Positions 8,721-19,404 of a stretch of DNA of 64,000 nt are shown in pieces (position 1 is the first letter of the stretch; the number at the start of each line of letters is the position of its first letter). Origin of the DNA: an uncultured Desulfatitalea sp. (GTDB lineage Bacteria; Desulfobacterota; Desulfobacteria; Desulfobacterales; Desulfosarcinaceae); contig CAXXMB010000002.1 of NCBI GenBank assembly GCA_963668675.2, positions 3,040,001 through 3,104,000 of the forward strand, written 5' to 3'. Position numbers and translations under genes: made by a program. The notes below the pieces were generated by a model, which did not search any database, was not told where the DNA came from, and worked only from the letters and a program-made list of their open reading frames with translations.

Positions 8721-11700
8721 CTATTTGTGATACTCCTGCAGGCTGCGTACGCCCAGCGTTTGTGATTTGAGCGCGGCCAAGGCTTTGCTGATGGCCAGGG
8801 CGCCGGCTGCCGTTGTAACGTAAGGGATGGCAAATTTTAATGCGGCCCGCCGGATGACGTAGCCGTCCTTGCTGGGCGTATCTCCCGAACCGGTATTGAT
8901 GACCAGGTCGATCTGGTTGTTCTTGATGGCATCCTCCACATGCGGACGCCCCTGTTCCAGTTTGTTGACCTGCTCGGCTGCGATTCCCAATTTGTTGAGA
9001 AAAGAGCAGGTGCCGGAGGTGGCCATGATGGTGTATCCCATCTGGGTAAACTCCTTGGCCACGTTGGCAATATCGGCTTTATCCGTATCCATCACGCTGA
9101 TGAATACGGTGCCTTGGGTCGGCAGTTTCTGCCCGGCGCCCAATTGCGCCTTGGCGTAGGCCGAGCCGAAATCGGAACCGATCCCCATCACTTCGCCGGT
9201 CGATTTCATTTCAGGCCCCAGAAGTGTATCCACCAATGGGAACCGATCGAACGGCAATACCGCCTCTTTGACCGACAGATGCTTGGGTATCACTTCACTG
9301 GTCAGCTTCAGCTCTTCCAGCGTCCGCCCCATCATTATTTTGGTGGCCATTTTGGCCAGAGGGACGCCTGTGGCTTTGCTGACAAAGGGGATGGTGCGTG
9401 ATGCACGCGGGTTGACCTCTATGACGAACAGCCGTTTGTCCTTGATGGCGTATTGAACATTCATGAGTCCGATCACGTTCAACTCGGCGGCCATGGCCTT
9501 GGTCGCCTGGGTGATCTCCGCGATCAACTCCTCTGAAATGCTATATGGCGGCAGTACACAGGCCGAATCGCCGGAGTGTACGCCAGCTGCCTCGATATGC
9601 TCCATGATGCCGCCGATGACGGTCATCCGGCCATCGCTGATGGCGTCCACATCCACTTCCACTGCGTTTTCCAGAAATTTATCGATCAGCACCGGGTGGC
9701 CCGGTGAGGCCTGGATGGCCAAACGGGCAAAGTTATCCAGCTCCGGTTCGGTATAGACGATTTTCATGGCACGTCCGCCGAGCACAAACGAGGGGCGCAC
9801 AATCACCGGGTAGCCGATATTGGCGGCGATCTCCCGTGCCTCGGGAATATCCAGGGCAATTCCATTGGCCGGCTGAACCAGCCCCAATTTGTGCAGCATG
9901 GCCTGGAACTGTTCCCGATCTTCCGCCCGGTCGATGCTGTCCGGATGGGTGCCCAGGATGGGGACGCCCGCTTGGGCCAAAGGTGTGGCCAGGTTCAGGG
10001 GGGTCTGCCCACCGAACTGCACGATGACCCCGAACGGCTGCTCCTTTTCGACAATATGGAGCACATCCTCCTTGGTCAGCGGTTCGAAGTAGAGTTTGTC
10101 TGACGTGTCGTAATCTGTAGAGACGGTTTCCGGGTTGGAGTTGACCATGATGCTCTCCACACCCTCTTCGCGCAAGGCGAACGAGGCGTGCACGCAGCAG
10201 TAGTCGAACTCGATTCCCTGTCCGATCCGGTTGGGGCCGCCGCCGAGAATCATCACTTTTTTGTGATCCGAAACCCTCGCTTCGCATTCGATTTCATAGG
10301 TCGAGTAGTAGTAGGGCGTGGCGGCACGAAATTCAGCGGCACAGGTGTCGACCAGTTTGTATGCCGGGCGAATACCGTTCTCTTTGCGGTGTCGTGCGAT
10401 ATGGTCAGGATCTTCACGCAACAGATGGGCGAGTTGTATGTCGGAAAACCCCCACGATTTGGCCTGCCACAGCTGTTCAGCCGAGATGGCTGCCAGACCC
10501 GCTGTGCAATCCGAACCTGCTCCCTGAGACTGCCCATATTCACTCAGGCGGCGCTCCATTTCGACGATCTGCCTGAGCTGAAACAGAAACCACGGATCGA
10601 TACCGGTGAGCTGGTAGATATCGTCAATGCTGCGACCCGCCTGCAATGCGTAACGCAGATAGAAGATGCGCTGGGAGTTGGGAGTAGCCAGTTTCCGTTC
10701 GATCTCTTCGTCAGATGGAAACGCTTCGCCCGCAGCATCAGGGTCTTTGCCGTCGGCCCCCAGTCCATGGCGCCCGATCTCCAGTGATCGCAGCCCTTTC
10801 TGGAGCGCCTCTTTGAAGGTGCGGCCGATGGCCATGGTTTCACCCACCGATTTCATGGCCGTGGTGAGCACATCGGGCGTTTCGGGAAACTTTTCGAAGG
10901 TCCAGCGCGGGATTTTGACCACACAGTAGTCGAGAGTGGGCTCGAAAGAGGCCAGCGTCTCACCGGTGATGTCGTTGGGGATCTCGTCCAGGGTATAGCC
11001 CACCGCGAGCTTGGCGGCGATTTTGGCGATGGGAAACCCGGTTGCTTTGGAGGCCAGGGCGCTCGATCTTGAGACTCGCGGGTTCATCTCCACTACGATC
11101 ATCTCACCGTTTTCGGGATCGACGGCAAACTGAACGTTGGAGCCGCCGGTATCCACACCGATCTCCCGCATGATGTCCAGTGAGGCGTTGCGCATCACCT
11201 GGTATTCGCGATCGCTCAGAGTCTGGGCCGGGGCCACGGTGATGCTGTCCCCGGTATGAACGCCCATGGGATCGAAGTTTTCGATCGAACAGATGATGAC
11301 CACGTTGTCGTTGTGGTCACGCATCACCTCCAGTTCGTACTCTTTCCAGCCGAGCACCGACTGTTCGAGCATGATCTGGCTGATCAGGCTGGCATCCAGA
11401 CCCGATTTGGCCACCACTTCGAGATCTTCAGGATTGTAGGCAACCCCTCCGCCGGTACCCCCCAAGGTAAAGCTGGGGCGGATGATCAGGGGGAATCCGA
11501 TTTCGTCGGCAACGGTGCGTGCCTCTTCCATGGTGGTGGCGAAACCGCTGTCGGGCAGTCTCAGTCCGATACGCTCCATGGCTTCACGGAACTGGTCGCG
11601 GCTTTCGGCCTTGTTAATGGCTTCGAGGGATGCACCGATCAATTCGACGCCATACTCTTCGAGCACACCCATCTCGGCCACCTTGACCGCCGTGTTCAAT

Positions 11701-11984
11701 CCGGTCTGGCCGCCCAGGGTGGGCAGCAGCGCATCGGGACGCTCGACAGCGATGATTTTGGCCACCGACTCGGGCGTCACCGGTTCGATATAGGTGCGGT
11801 CGGCCGTCTCCGGATCGGTCATGATGGTGGCCGGATTGGAGTTGACCAGAATAACGAAATAGCCCTCTTCTTTCAGGGCCTTACATGCTTGTGTGCCGGA
11901 GTAGTCGAATTCGCAGGCCTGGCCGATGATGATGGGGCCTGCGCCGATGATCAGGATTTTGTGTATGTCAGTGCGTTTGGGCAT
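8721..11984 (-). CDS. carB: Carbamoyl-phosphate synthase large subunit
   Basis: [33 protein letters not shown], duplicated ATP-grasp, MGS tail. Confidence 0.99.
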   Translation of the reverse strand: MPKRTDIHKILIIGAGPIIIGQACEFDYSGTQACKALKEEGYFVILVNSNPATIMTDPETADRTYIEPVTPESVAKIIAVERPDALLPTLGGQTGLNTAVKVAEMGVLEEYGVELIGASLEAINKAESRDQFREAMERIGLRLPDSGFATTMEEARTVADEIGFPLIIRPSFTLGGTGGGVAYNPEDLEVVAKSGLDASLISQIMLEQSVLGWKEYELEVMRDHNDNVVIICSIENFDPMGVHTGDSITVAPAQTLSDREYQVMRNASLDIMREIGVDTGGSNVQFAVDPENGEMIVVEMNPRVSRSSALASKATGFPIAKIAAKLAVGYTLDEIPNDITGETLASFEPTLDYCVVKIPRWTFEKFPETPDVLTTAMKSVGETMAIGRTFKEALQKGLRSLEIGRHGLGADGKDPDAAGEAFPSDEEIERKLATPNSQRIFYLRYALQAGRSIDDIYQLTGIDPWFLFQLRQIVEMERRLSEYGQSQGAGSDCTAGLAAISAEQLWQAKSWGFSDIQLAHLLREDPDHIARHRKENGIRPAYKLVDTCAAEFRAATPYYYSTYEIECEARVSDHKKVMILGGGPNRIGQGIEFDYCCVHASFALREEGVESIMVNSNPETVSTDYDTSDKLYFEPLTKEDVLHIVEKEQPFGVIVQFGGQTPLNLATPLAQAGVPILGTHPDSIDRAEDREQFQAMLHKLGLVQPANGIALDIPEAREIAANIGYPVIVRPSFVLGGRAMKIVYTEPELDNFARLAIQASPGHPVLIDKFLENAVEVDVDAISDGRMTVIGGIMEHIEAAGVHSGDSACVLPPYSISEELIAEITQATKAMAAELNVIGLMNVQYAIKDKRLFVIEVNPRASRTIPFVSKATGVPLAKMATKIMMGRTLEELKLTSEVIPKHLSVKEAVLPFDRFPLVDTLLGPEMKSTGEVMGIGSDFGSAYAKAQLGAGQKLPTQGTVFISVMDTDKADIANVAKEFTQMGYTIMATSGTCSFLNKLGIAAEQVNKLEQGRPHVEDAIKNNQIDLVINTGSGDTPSKDGYVIRRAALKFAIPYVTTAAGALAISKALAALKSQTLGVRSLQEYHK

Positions 11985-12062
11985 TTCGTATCGCTAAACT
12001 GTTCAGTCCTCTTGGGTCAAAACCATCTTTTCCTTCAGCCCTCACTCTTCGAACCATCCACC

Positions 12063-13205
12063 TCAACCGGCCTCATCCATCATTCGACTGAACTCGGTGA
12101 AGAGGTAGCGCGCGTCGTGCGGTCCCGGCGAAGCCTCAGGATGGTACTGCACGGCCAGAAGGGGAAGCTCCCTGTGGCGGAAACCCTCGAGCGTGTTATC
12201 GTTGAGGTTGATGTGGGTCACCTCGATTTTGGCGGCATCCAGGGAGCTCGCGTCCACCGCAAAGCCATGGTTTTGTGATGTGATCTCCACTTTACCGGTG
12301 ATCAGGTTCTTTACCGGATGGTTGATGCCGCGGTGGCCGAATTTCAATTTGTAAGTCTTGCCACCCACGGCCAATCCCAGAATCTGATGGCCCAGACAGA
12401 TGCCGAACATGGGTCGATAGCCCATAAGCGACCTGGCCGTCTCGATCCCGTATGTCACCGGTCCCGGATCGCCCGGCCCATTGGAGAGAAAGATGCCGTG
12501 GGGCGCCATCGCCTTGATCGTTTCGGCTTCGGTAAAAGCCGGTACGACCACGACCTCCAGATCATGGGACGACAGGCAACGCAGGATATTGTATTTGATA
12601 CCGAAATCGATGGCCACAACCGACCGTAAGGTCTCGCGATGTTGCCAGATGGTGTCGTTCAGGGGCGTTTTCTGAACGTCAATGGGTTCGGGCCGTCCCT
12701 CAATCCATCGGTAGGGCTGTTTACTGCTTACCGTTTTTGCCAGATCAAGTCCGGCCATGCTGGGCAGTTCGCGGGCCCGTTGAACGAGCGCCTCCTTGTC
12801 CGAAACTTCAGTCGAAATGACCGCCCGCATGGCGCCGGCATTGCGGATATGGCGCGTCAGGGCACGGGTGTCCAGCGAATCGACCCCCATGACGCCGCTG
12901 CGAACCAGATAGTCCGCCAGGCTCTCCGACGCACGATAATTGCTGTACTCGGATTGATACTCGCGAACGATAAATGCCGCCACCTGCACGCGGGCAGATT
13001 CCACATCCTCGCTATTGACGCCATAGTTGCCGATCAGCGGATAGGTCATATTGATCAGTTGGCCGCTGTAGGAGGGGTCGGTCAGCACCTCCTGGTAACC
13101 GCTCATGGCCGTATTGAAGACCACCTCGCCTCCGGTTTCACCGGGACCGGTGAATGAACGGCAATCGAACGAGCGTCCATCTTCCAGAGCTAATATGGCT
13201 TTCAT
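12063..13205 (-). CDS. carA: Carbamoyl-phosphate synthase small subunit
   Basis: GEVVFNTAMSGYQEVLTDPSY, FGICLGHQ, VQYHPEASPGPHD. Confidence 0.99.
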   Translation of the reverse strand: MKAILALEDGRSFDCRSFTGPGETGGEVVFNTAMSGYQEVLTDPSYSGQLINMTYPLIGNYGVNSEDVESARVQVAAFIVREYQSEYSNYRASESLADYLVRSGVMGVDSLDTRALTRHIRNAGAMRAVISTEVSDKEALVQRARELPSMAGLDLAKTVSSKQPYRWIEGRPEPIDVQKTPLNDTIWQHRETLRSVVAIDFGIKYNILRCLSSHDLEVVVVPAFTEAETIKAMAPHGIFLSNGPGDPGPVTYGIETARSLMGYRPMFGICLGHQILGLAVGGKTYKLKFGHRGINHPVKNLITGKVEITSQNHGFAVDASSLDAAKIEVTHINLNDNTLEGFRHRELPLLAVQYHPEASPGPHDARYLFTEFSRMMDEAG

Positions 13206-13418
13206 ATTCGAAAATTTCTCATGTTATCAAATAGTTATTATTTATTCGCCTCGCAGACTGCACACCCCGTGGCGTTGATACGCCCTCTCTGAGTCGGTCT
13301 ATAGCGCAACCGTTTGACGAATAGATGAAACGTGCCCCCCATAACTTATATGCGCGGGGCAAATCAACCTATATATCTCCCGTGCACCCCTCTATCAGGC
13401 TTTTTCGGATACAAAACA

Positions 13419-13446
13419 GCGCGTGGTTGTTCGAACCGCGCGCTTT
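13419..13446. terminator. Probable terminator hairpin after the glutamate synthase genes
   Basis: AGCGCGTGGTT/AACCGCGCGCT stem with A/T flanks. Confidence 0.5.
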
Positions 13447-13473
13447 GTGGAGAGCGTTTGCCGAAAAAAGGTC

Positions 13474-15807
13474 TTATTCCAGTGGGGCATTTTCAATCAG
13501 ATTCCATATGCCGCATGGACATGCACCGGCGCAGAAGCCGCATCCGATGCATCGATCCGCGTTGACCGCATATTCGAACTTGCCGTCCTCGGTTTCGATC
13601 CTGCTAATGGCGCTCTCCGGGCACGCGGCCACACAGATGCCGCAATCCCGGCACTGGCCGCACGATGCGCATTGGCTGCCGCAATGATCCAGGTCTTCGT
13701 AGCTGACCACCCGTGGATCGTAATACTCGAGACTGATCCGACTTATATCGATGATCGTTCGCGGATCGCTGGTCGGCCGTCTGCCGGAGGCCACATCGTC
13801 GATGATCCGGGCCGTGCGGCGCCCGGCACCTATGGCATCGGTCAACAGGCCGGGTCGGACCACGTCGCCGATGGCAAACACTTTGCGGTTTGAGGTCTGA
13901 TAGTTCTCGTCGACCTTGACGAACCCGCGTTCAACTGCGATGTCGTCCGGCAGAAAAGCCAGGTCCGGTGCGTCGCCAATGGAGATAAAAACCGAGTCGG
14001 CCGGTATGATCTCACCACTGTTCAACTGGACGCCCTTCTCGACGATGGCCTGGGTGAACACCGGCCAGCGGAATCGGGCACCGACCCGCTCGGCCTCTTC
14101 GCGCTCTTTGCCGAACGAAGCCGGCTCCTGCACGTCTAGCAGCAGGATATCCTCTGCACCCAAGCGGGCCGCTTCAGTGGCTACATCACAGCCCACATTG
14201 CCGGCACCGATGATGACCACCCGTTTGCCGACTCTGGCCCGGCCCTGCTTGGAGGCCTGCAGAAAATCAAGCGCGGTGGTCAGACGCTCACTGCCTGGAA
14301 CTGGCAGTGTGCGTGGCTTCTGGGCACCGGCCGCAACCACCACAAAATCATAATCGGCGATCAGTTGATCGGTGTCCGCCCTCTTCAGGCGTTGCTGCAG
14401 ATGCACATGGGGGATCACCTTATTGATGCGGTCGATCTCTTTATCCAGCACCTCTTTGGGGATCCGGCTCTCGGGAATGGAGCCGGCGATTTTTCCGCCC
14501 AGCCGTGCAGCCGTGTCATACACCACCGCTTCGTGGCCGTTGAGTCTCAATTGCCATGCCACCGAGATCCCTGCCGGCCCGCCGCCGATCACCGCAATCC
14601 GTTTGCCGCTCAGGGGCGGTAGTTTCGGTGTTTTGGCTTTAGCGCTGGCCTGACCCAGCTGGGTGACATCCACCGGCGCCATGAAGGCCGACTGCTTGGT
14701 GCACGATTGCATGCACAGATTAGGGCACAGATAGCCGCACACGGTGGCGGGAAAGGGCGTATAGGCCAACGCCATGTCCACCGCCTCGTCGACGCGGCCT
14801 TCACGCACCAGCCGCCAGCGCTCCTGGACCGGAATGCCGGTGGGGCAGCTGGCCTCGCAGGGTGCTTTGTACTTGTAGTTTTCCCATACCGGCACGTAGC
14901 GGCGCAGTTCCCCTCTTGTGATCAGTGGGATGGTGCTGCGGTCCAAGTTGGTGAGATCTCCCACCAATCCGCCTTTGCCTAGTGTCTCATCCCAAACCTC
15001 GCTGTGAAATGAAGCCATGGCGCGTTTGGGGCGGCCGATGCGCTCCTGGGGGGTTCGGGCTTGGAGGCACTGCCACTGTTCGCGCTGGGTCAGCAGGGTG
15101 AAGAGGAGCTCGTGCTGCTGGATACTCTCCAGAAAGGTCCTCAATCCGCCGGTCAGCCATTCCCATTGGTCATCTTCGATGGGGACCAGTTTGGCGTCGG
15201 CCTGGCTGAACCCGGCGTGGGGACCGCGGAAGAAGACTTTGCCGCCCACCATGCCCACGAGGGGTCTGTATCCGAGCACGTTTTTGGGATTCTGGGCCTC
15301 GTGGCCGCAAACGACCGCTATACCCCCGGCCATGAACTCTCCAAAATAGTCTCCCACCGAACCGAGAACCCACAATTCGGGCGGTGCGAAACGGGGGTTG
15401 GACTTTGTCATGGTCATGCCGCGGGCGCCGATATTGCCGGCAATGAAAATTTTACCTTGGGCCATGGCATTTGCCGCACCATTGCCGGCGTGACCGTGGA
15501 TGACGATCTCCGCACCGGCATTGAGCCAACCCACGTCGTCCGAAGTGGTGCCTAATACCTCAATATGGGTATTGGCAAACCCCATCGATCCCACACGCTG
15601 GCCGGCCGGGCCATCGATTTGGACGTGTACCTTATTCTCCCCGGCGTGCCACAGACGTCCGCCAATACCGTGCTGGCCGTATGCTTCTATCTTTATGCGG
15701 GTTTTGCCCTGGGCCACGGCGGCCTGTATTCTCTCTTCCAGGACCCTCGACTCGATGCGGGTTCCGTTTTCTTTGCCGGAGATGGTAAAATAGCTTTCTG
15801 AGCTCAT
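13474..15807 (-). CDS. Glutamate synthase subunit: GXGXG beta-helix fused to GltD-like FAD/NAD(P) oxidoreductase and ferredoxin
   Basis: GQHGIGGRL, GxGxG repeats, CEASCPTG, IGGGPAG, IGAGNVGCD, two C-terminal 4Fe-4S motifs; start re-placed at MSSESY (15807). Confidence 0.9.
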   Translation of the reverse strand: MSSESYFTISGKENGTRIESRVLEERIQAAVAQGKTRIKIEAYGQHGIGGRLWHAGENKVHVQIDGPAGQRVGSMGFANTHIEVLGTTSDDVGWLNAGAEIVIHGHAGNGAANAMAQGKIFIAGNIGARGMTMTKSNPRFAPPELWVLGSVGDYFGEFMAGGIAVVCGHEAQNPKNVLGYRPLVGMVGGKVFFRGPHAGFSQADAKLVPIEDDQWEWLTGGLRTFLESIQQHELLFTLLTQREQWQCLQARTPQERIGRPKRAMASFHSEVWDETLGKGGLVGDLTNLDRSTIPLITRGELRRYVPVWENYKYKAPCEASCPTGIPVQERWRLVREGRVDEAVDMALAYTPFPATVCGYLCPNLCMQSCTKQSAFMAPVDVTQLGQASAKAKTPKLPPLSGKRIAVIGGGPAGISVAWQLRLNGHEAVVYDTAARLGGKIAGSIPESRIPKEVLDKEIDRINKVIPHVHLQQRLKRADTDQLIADYDFVVVAAGAQKPRTLPVPGSERLTTALDFLQASKQGRARVGKRVVIIGAGNVGCDVATEAARLGAEDILLLDVQEPASFGKEREEAERVGARFRWPVFTQAIVEKGVQLNSGEIIPADSVFISIGDAPDLAFLPDDIAVERGFVKVDENYQTSNRKVFAIGDVVRPGLLTDAIGAGRRTARIIDDVASGRRPTSDPRTIIDISRISLEYYDPRVVSYEDLDHCGSQCASCGQCRDCGICVAACPESAISRIETEDGKFEYAVNADRCIGCGFCAGACPCGIWNLIENAPLE

Positions 15808-15833
15808 AGCTGAATCCTGTGTTAAATGAAAAG

Positions 15834-15995
15834 AAGTATGAAAGTATGAAAGTTGAAAGTATGAAAGTTGAGGTGTTCTGTCGATTTTATAATTGCTATC
15901 ATCCATCCCTCACGAGTACCCAAGTTAATTAACCTTAGGTTTACTTTTGAAGTAAATGAGGTTCCATTCCTTCACTTTGATACTTTGATACTTTC
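15834..15995. repeat. Inverted arrays of short 7-8-mer tandem repeats
   Basis: Several AAAGTATG/AAAGTTG units at 15834-15870 face CTTTGATA units at 15973-15995. Confidence 0.75.
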
Positions 15996-16025
15996 TAACC
16001 TTCCTACTTATTTTTATGTTCTGCT

Positions 16026-17660
16026 TTAGACCACATATTTGATGTTTAAACGATCAGCCGCGTGATAGTCGCTGATGCCTAGCGCATCGGACATGCCGAT
16101 GGGCAGGGCGGTCGAGCGTCCCAGCGGGGCCACGATCTTCTTCAGCTCCATGTCAAAGGCCAGAAAGGCATCCACCACCCGTTCGGCCACCATGTCCACA
16201 TCCAGACGGCGGTAAAGCCGCGGATCCTGGGAGGTGATGCCTTTGGGGCAGCGGCCGATGTTGCAGATGTTGCAGCGGTCGCCCTCGGAGCCGACGCAGC
16301 CGGCGGCCGCCTGCATGATATATTTGCCGATCTGCACGCCGCTGGCGCCCAGCATGATCAGCGCGGCTGCATTAGCAGCCAGGTTTCCGTTTTTTCCCAC
16401 CCCGCCGCCGGCAAACAGGGGGATCTCGTTCTGTTTGCCCAGCATGGCCAGGTTGAGATAGGCGTCGCGAATATTGGTGGCGATGGGGTGGCCCATGTGG
16501 TTCATCGAGACATTGTAGGCCGCACCGGTGCCTCCGTCTTCCCCGTCGATGGCCAACCCGGCGGCATAGGGGTTGCGGGTCAGATTGTTGAGCACCGCCA
16601 TGGCCGTAGATGAGCCGGAGATCTTGGGATAGACCGGCACCCGGAATCCCCAGGCCATGTACATGGACTGGGTCATTTTGGCCACCGCCTCTTCGATCGA
16701 GTACTTGGTCTGGTGGGTGGGCGGGCTCGGCAGGCTGATCCCGACCGGCACACCCCTAATGGCGGCGATCAATTTGTTGACCTTGTGCCACATGAGCAGT
16801 CCGCCGTCTCCCGGCTTGGCGCCCTGACCGTATTTGATCTCCACGGCGCAAGGATCTTCCACCATTTCGGGCAGGGCGTGGATGATTTCATCCCAGCCGA
16901 AGTAGCCGCTGGCGATCTGAAGGATCGTATATTTGAGAAAGCGGCTGCGCAGCAGACGCGGCGGGCATCCACCTTCGCCGGTGCACATGCGCACCGGCAT
17001 GCCCAACTCCTCGTTGAGATAGGCCACGCCCAGTTGGAGCCCCTCCCACATGTTAGGCGACAGGGCGCCGAACGACATGCTGCCGATGATCAACGGGTAG
17101 ATTTCACGCACCGGCGGAATCCAGCCATTCTCTCTGAAGAACTTGATATTCTCTTCGGGCGGCAGTACACGCCCGAGCAGGGTGCGAAGCTCAAACTCAT
17201 GCCGACCGGCGTCCAGGGCCGGGTCGGTGAGCATGGAGATGCGGATAAACTTGATCTGATCGAGCAGGCCGCCGGAAACGTTGCGCCGTCCGCCTCTGCT
17301 GCGGGGCTGGCCTCCGCGATTGACGTGGAAGCGCAACTTGTCGGCTTCATCCGAACGCATGGGGATGATGGCATCGTTGGGGCAGACCAGGTTGCACATG
17401 GCACAGCCCACACATCCATAAGCCGGGTCGGTTTTCTGGCGAATCCCGTGGTAGACCTTGTAGACATTGGATGGCGCCTGGTTCGGATCGATGGACGCAC
17501 TCAGGGCGCGCTGACGGAAAACGCCCAGTTCGATGGCGTTGACCGGGCAGACGGCGGTACATCGGCCGCACAGGGTGCATTTGTCTTTGTCCCACATGAT
17601 CTGCCAGGGCAGATCCTTGACACTTAGAGTGGAAGGGGTAACGGGTCGGTCTGGGAGCAT
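16026..17660 (-). CDS. Glutamate synthase FMN-binding subunit with N-terminal 2[4Fe-4S]
   Basis: CTLCGRCTAVC, CVGCAMCNLVC, GSMSFGALS, EIKYGQGAKPGDGG, CNIGRCPKGITSQDP. Confidence 0.93.
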   Translation of the reverse strand: MLPDRPVTPSTLSVKDLPWQIMWDKDKCTLCGRCTAVCPVNAIELGVFRQRALSASIDPNQAPSNVYKVYHGIRQKTDPAYGCVGCAMCNLVCPNDAIIPMRSDEADKLRFHVNRGGQPRSRGGRRNVSGGLLDQIKFIRISMLTDPALDAGRHEFELRTLLGRVLPPEENIKFFRENGWIPPVREIYPLIIGSMSFGALSPNMWEGLQLGVAYLNEELGMPVRMCTGEGGCPPRLLRSRFLKYTILQIASGYFGWDEIIHALPEMVEDPCAVEIKYGQGAKPGDGGLLMWHKVNKLIAAIRGVPVGISLPSPPTHQTKYSIEEAVAKMTQSMYMAWGFRVPVYPKISGSSTAMAVLNNLTRNPYAAGLAIDGEDGGTGAAYNVSMNHMGHPIATNIRDAYLNLAMLGKQNEIPLFAGGGVGKNGNLAANAAALIMLGASGVQIGKYIMQAAAGCVGSEGDRCNICNIGRCPKGITSQDPRLYRRLDVDMVAERVVDAFLAFDMELKKIVAPLGRSTALPIGMSDALGISDYHAADRLNIKYVV

Positions 17661-18754
17661 ATGGCGATCTCCTGGCGGTCCGGACCGACAATGGTCGTGT
17701 CCAGGTGCATGGGTTGAAAGTCTTTGCTTTTGTCGCGGTCCGGTATGGCGGCATCCAGTCCGCAGATCTCCGAAGAAAAGGCATAGCAGCCGGGTTTGCC
17801 GCCCACCACGCCAGGGCGCAGCTTTTTACGGTCCTGAACCATAAACAGCGAGTGGTCGGGCAAACATCCGATGACGCAGTTGGGTCCGTCGATGGTCAAT
17901 TGGCGGCAGCTGTGTTTAAGCTGCTTGAGAAATGCGCCGTTGGGATGTTTGGCTAAATCTCCGTCCTGCAATGGCGTAATAATATGTTTGTACGTCTCCA
18001 GCCCAAGCCCGAGGTGTCTTACAGTGTAATGCAAAATGTGGGTGAACACCTCCGAGTCGGACTGGTAACCGGTATAGCCCAGCAAGTTCCGGGAGAGCAG
18101 GTATTCGCGAATGGGGACAAACGCGGTGTTCTCGCCGTTGGTCATGGTGGCATAGCCCTGGATAAAGAACGGGTGGCATGCGTAGAGATTGATGGCGTAG
18201 TTGGTGTTCTGGCGTCCCTGGGCCATCACCACGCGTGCGTAAAGCTCATGGCGATCGAAATTGAGGTGTCGGGCCACCTTCATCGGATCGCCAATCTCCT
18301 TGATCATAATCACATCCGGCCAGAAGGAGAATACGATCATGTCTTTCTTTTCCTCTCCCATGGTGCGCAGCTGCAGCCGGATGCTCACCAGGCGCTTTTC
18401 AAGCTCCTCCTGGGCAAGGGATTCCCACTCTTCCGGGTACTCATAGGCCCGGATCAGATAGACATCCCGTTTGGGGGTGCCAGGCAGTTCGACCTTGGGG
18501 ACCTTGATCGAAATTTTGTATTTGGTCATGAAACCCCGGTCCATCATAAAACGGTCCAGGCGTTTGATGCCGGCATCGGTGAAGATCCCTGATAGGATCG
18601 GGGCATCCTTCATCTCTTCGAACGGGCCGGACAGATCCCGTAAAAAGAGGCCGACTCCCGAGCCGTCATGCCCTTCGCGCATCACATCCATGGCCTCCAT
18701 GGCGATCATGGGTGATAAAGGGGTTTTACTTGTAATGGCGAATAAACGACACAT
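17624..18754 (-). CDS. Glutamate synthase class II glutamine amidotransferase subunit
   Basis: N-terminal MCRLFA (Ntn Cys), HDGSGVG, GRQNTN, HPFF, NGEN, SDSEV, DRKKLRP. Confidence 0.9.
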   Translation of the reverse strand: MCRLFAITSKTPLSPMIAMEAMDVMREGHDGSGVGLFLRDLSGPFEEMKDAPILSGIFTDAGIKRLDRFMMDRGFMTKYKISIKVPKVELPGTPKRDVYLIRAYEYPEEWESLAQEELEKRLVSIRLQLRTMGEEKKDMIVFSFWPDVIMIKEIGDPMKVARHLNFDRHELYARVVMAQGRQNTNYAINLYACHPFFIQGYATMTNGENTAFVPIREYLLSRNLLGYTGYQSDSEVFTHILHYTVRHLGLGLETYKHIITPLQDGDLAKHPNGAFLKQLKHSCRQLTIDGPNCVIGCLPDHSLFMVQDRKKLRPGVVGGKPGCYAFSSEICGLDAAIPDRDKSKDFQPMHLDTTIVGPDRQEIAICSQTDPLPLPL

Positions 18755-19404
18755 GGTGGTCCTTTCCTTTTCAACCGTCGATACGTTTCGCTCGCTGCAC
18801 CCGATGGGGTAATATCTGGTTTCGTTTGTTGCAGCACTGCGATGCGGAAACTTTTGCCAATAGCAAATAATAGTTATCGAAGTCCACAACAAATTGAAAA
18901 AGAAACATTTTTGTAGGGCAATTGGCTGAAAAACTACAAAAATGCTATTTTTATCGTCTTTTCCAATCGCTATACCTCTCAAGGCGATCCGTCCAGCGGT
19001 TCGATGCCTCCAAAGATGTTTGATCCGTCAGCGGCCTCCAGGTGCTGGTTGCCATATTTCGATTGCAGGCCGATAGTGCCTTCGGGAGTCAATGACTTCC
19101 TTGATTCCGCGCCACAGAAACGACGATGGCCGATGCCTCTTTATGCCATTTCGGGATGAGCACGAAATTGTCGACCGTCCGTTCAATCCCTTGGCCAGAA
19201 TTTTGTTTTCTGGTATCAATAGAGGAAGCCTTCTGCGAGCATGAAAATCATTATTCATAAAACATGCCAAAGAGGTCAGCCAATCACAGCTTGAACGGTT
19301 TTTCTCTTCTAACCAGGGGCGTCCCAAGGCATTAATCCCGAGACCCTCGGGTGGCTCGACCGCCGGGCCGCTACCCTCTCCGTTGACATGAAAAGGACCT
19401 CTCC

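Noticed and set aside
7668..12278. Long plus-strand ORFs (327 aa, 340 aa and others)
   Set aside because: Antisense shadows of purF/carB typical of GC-rich codon usage; the same applies to those opposite glt, amt, glnD, glnA and the acyl-CoA ligase
15808..15906. N-terminal extension of the 810-aa ORF
   Set aside because: It translates the tandem repeat (QLSYFQLSYFHTS); the real start is more likely 15807
18844..18858. TGGCAAAAGTTTCCGC as a sigma54 promoter for glt
   Set aside because: GG-to-GC spacing is 11, not 10; the same holds for the look-alike near 58530-58546
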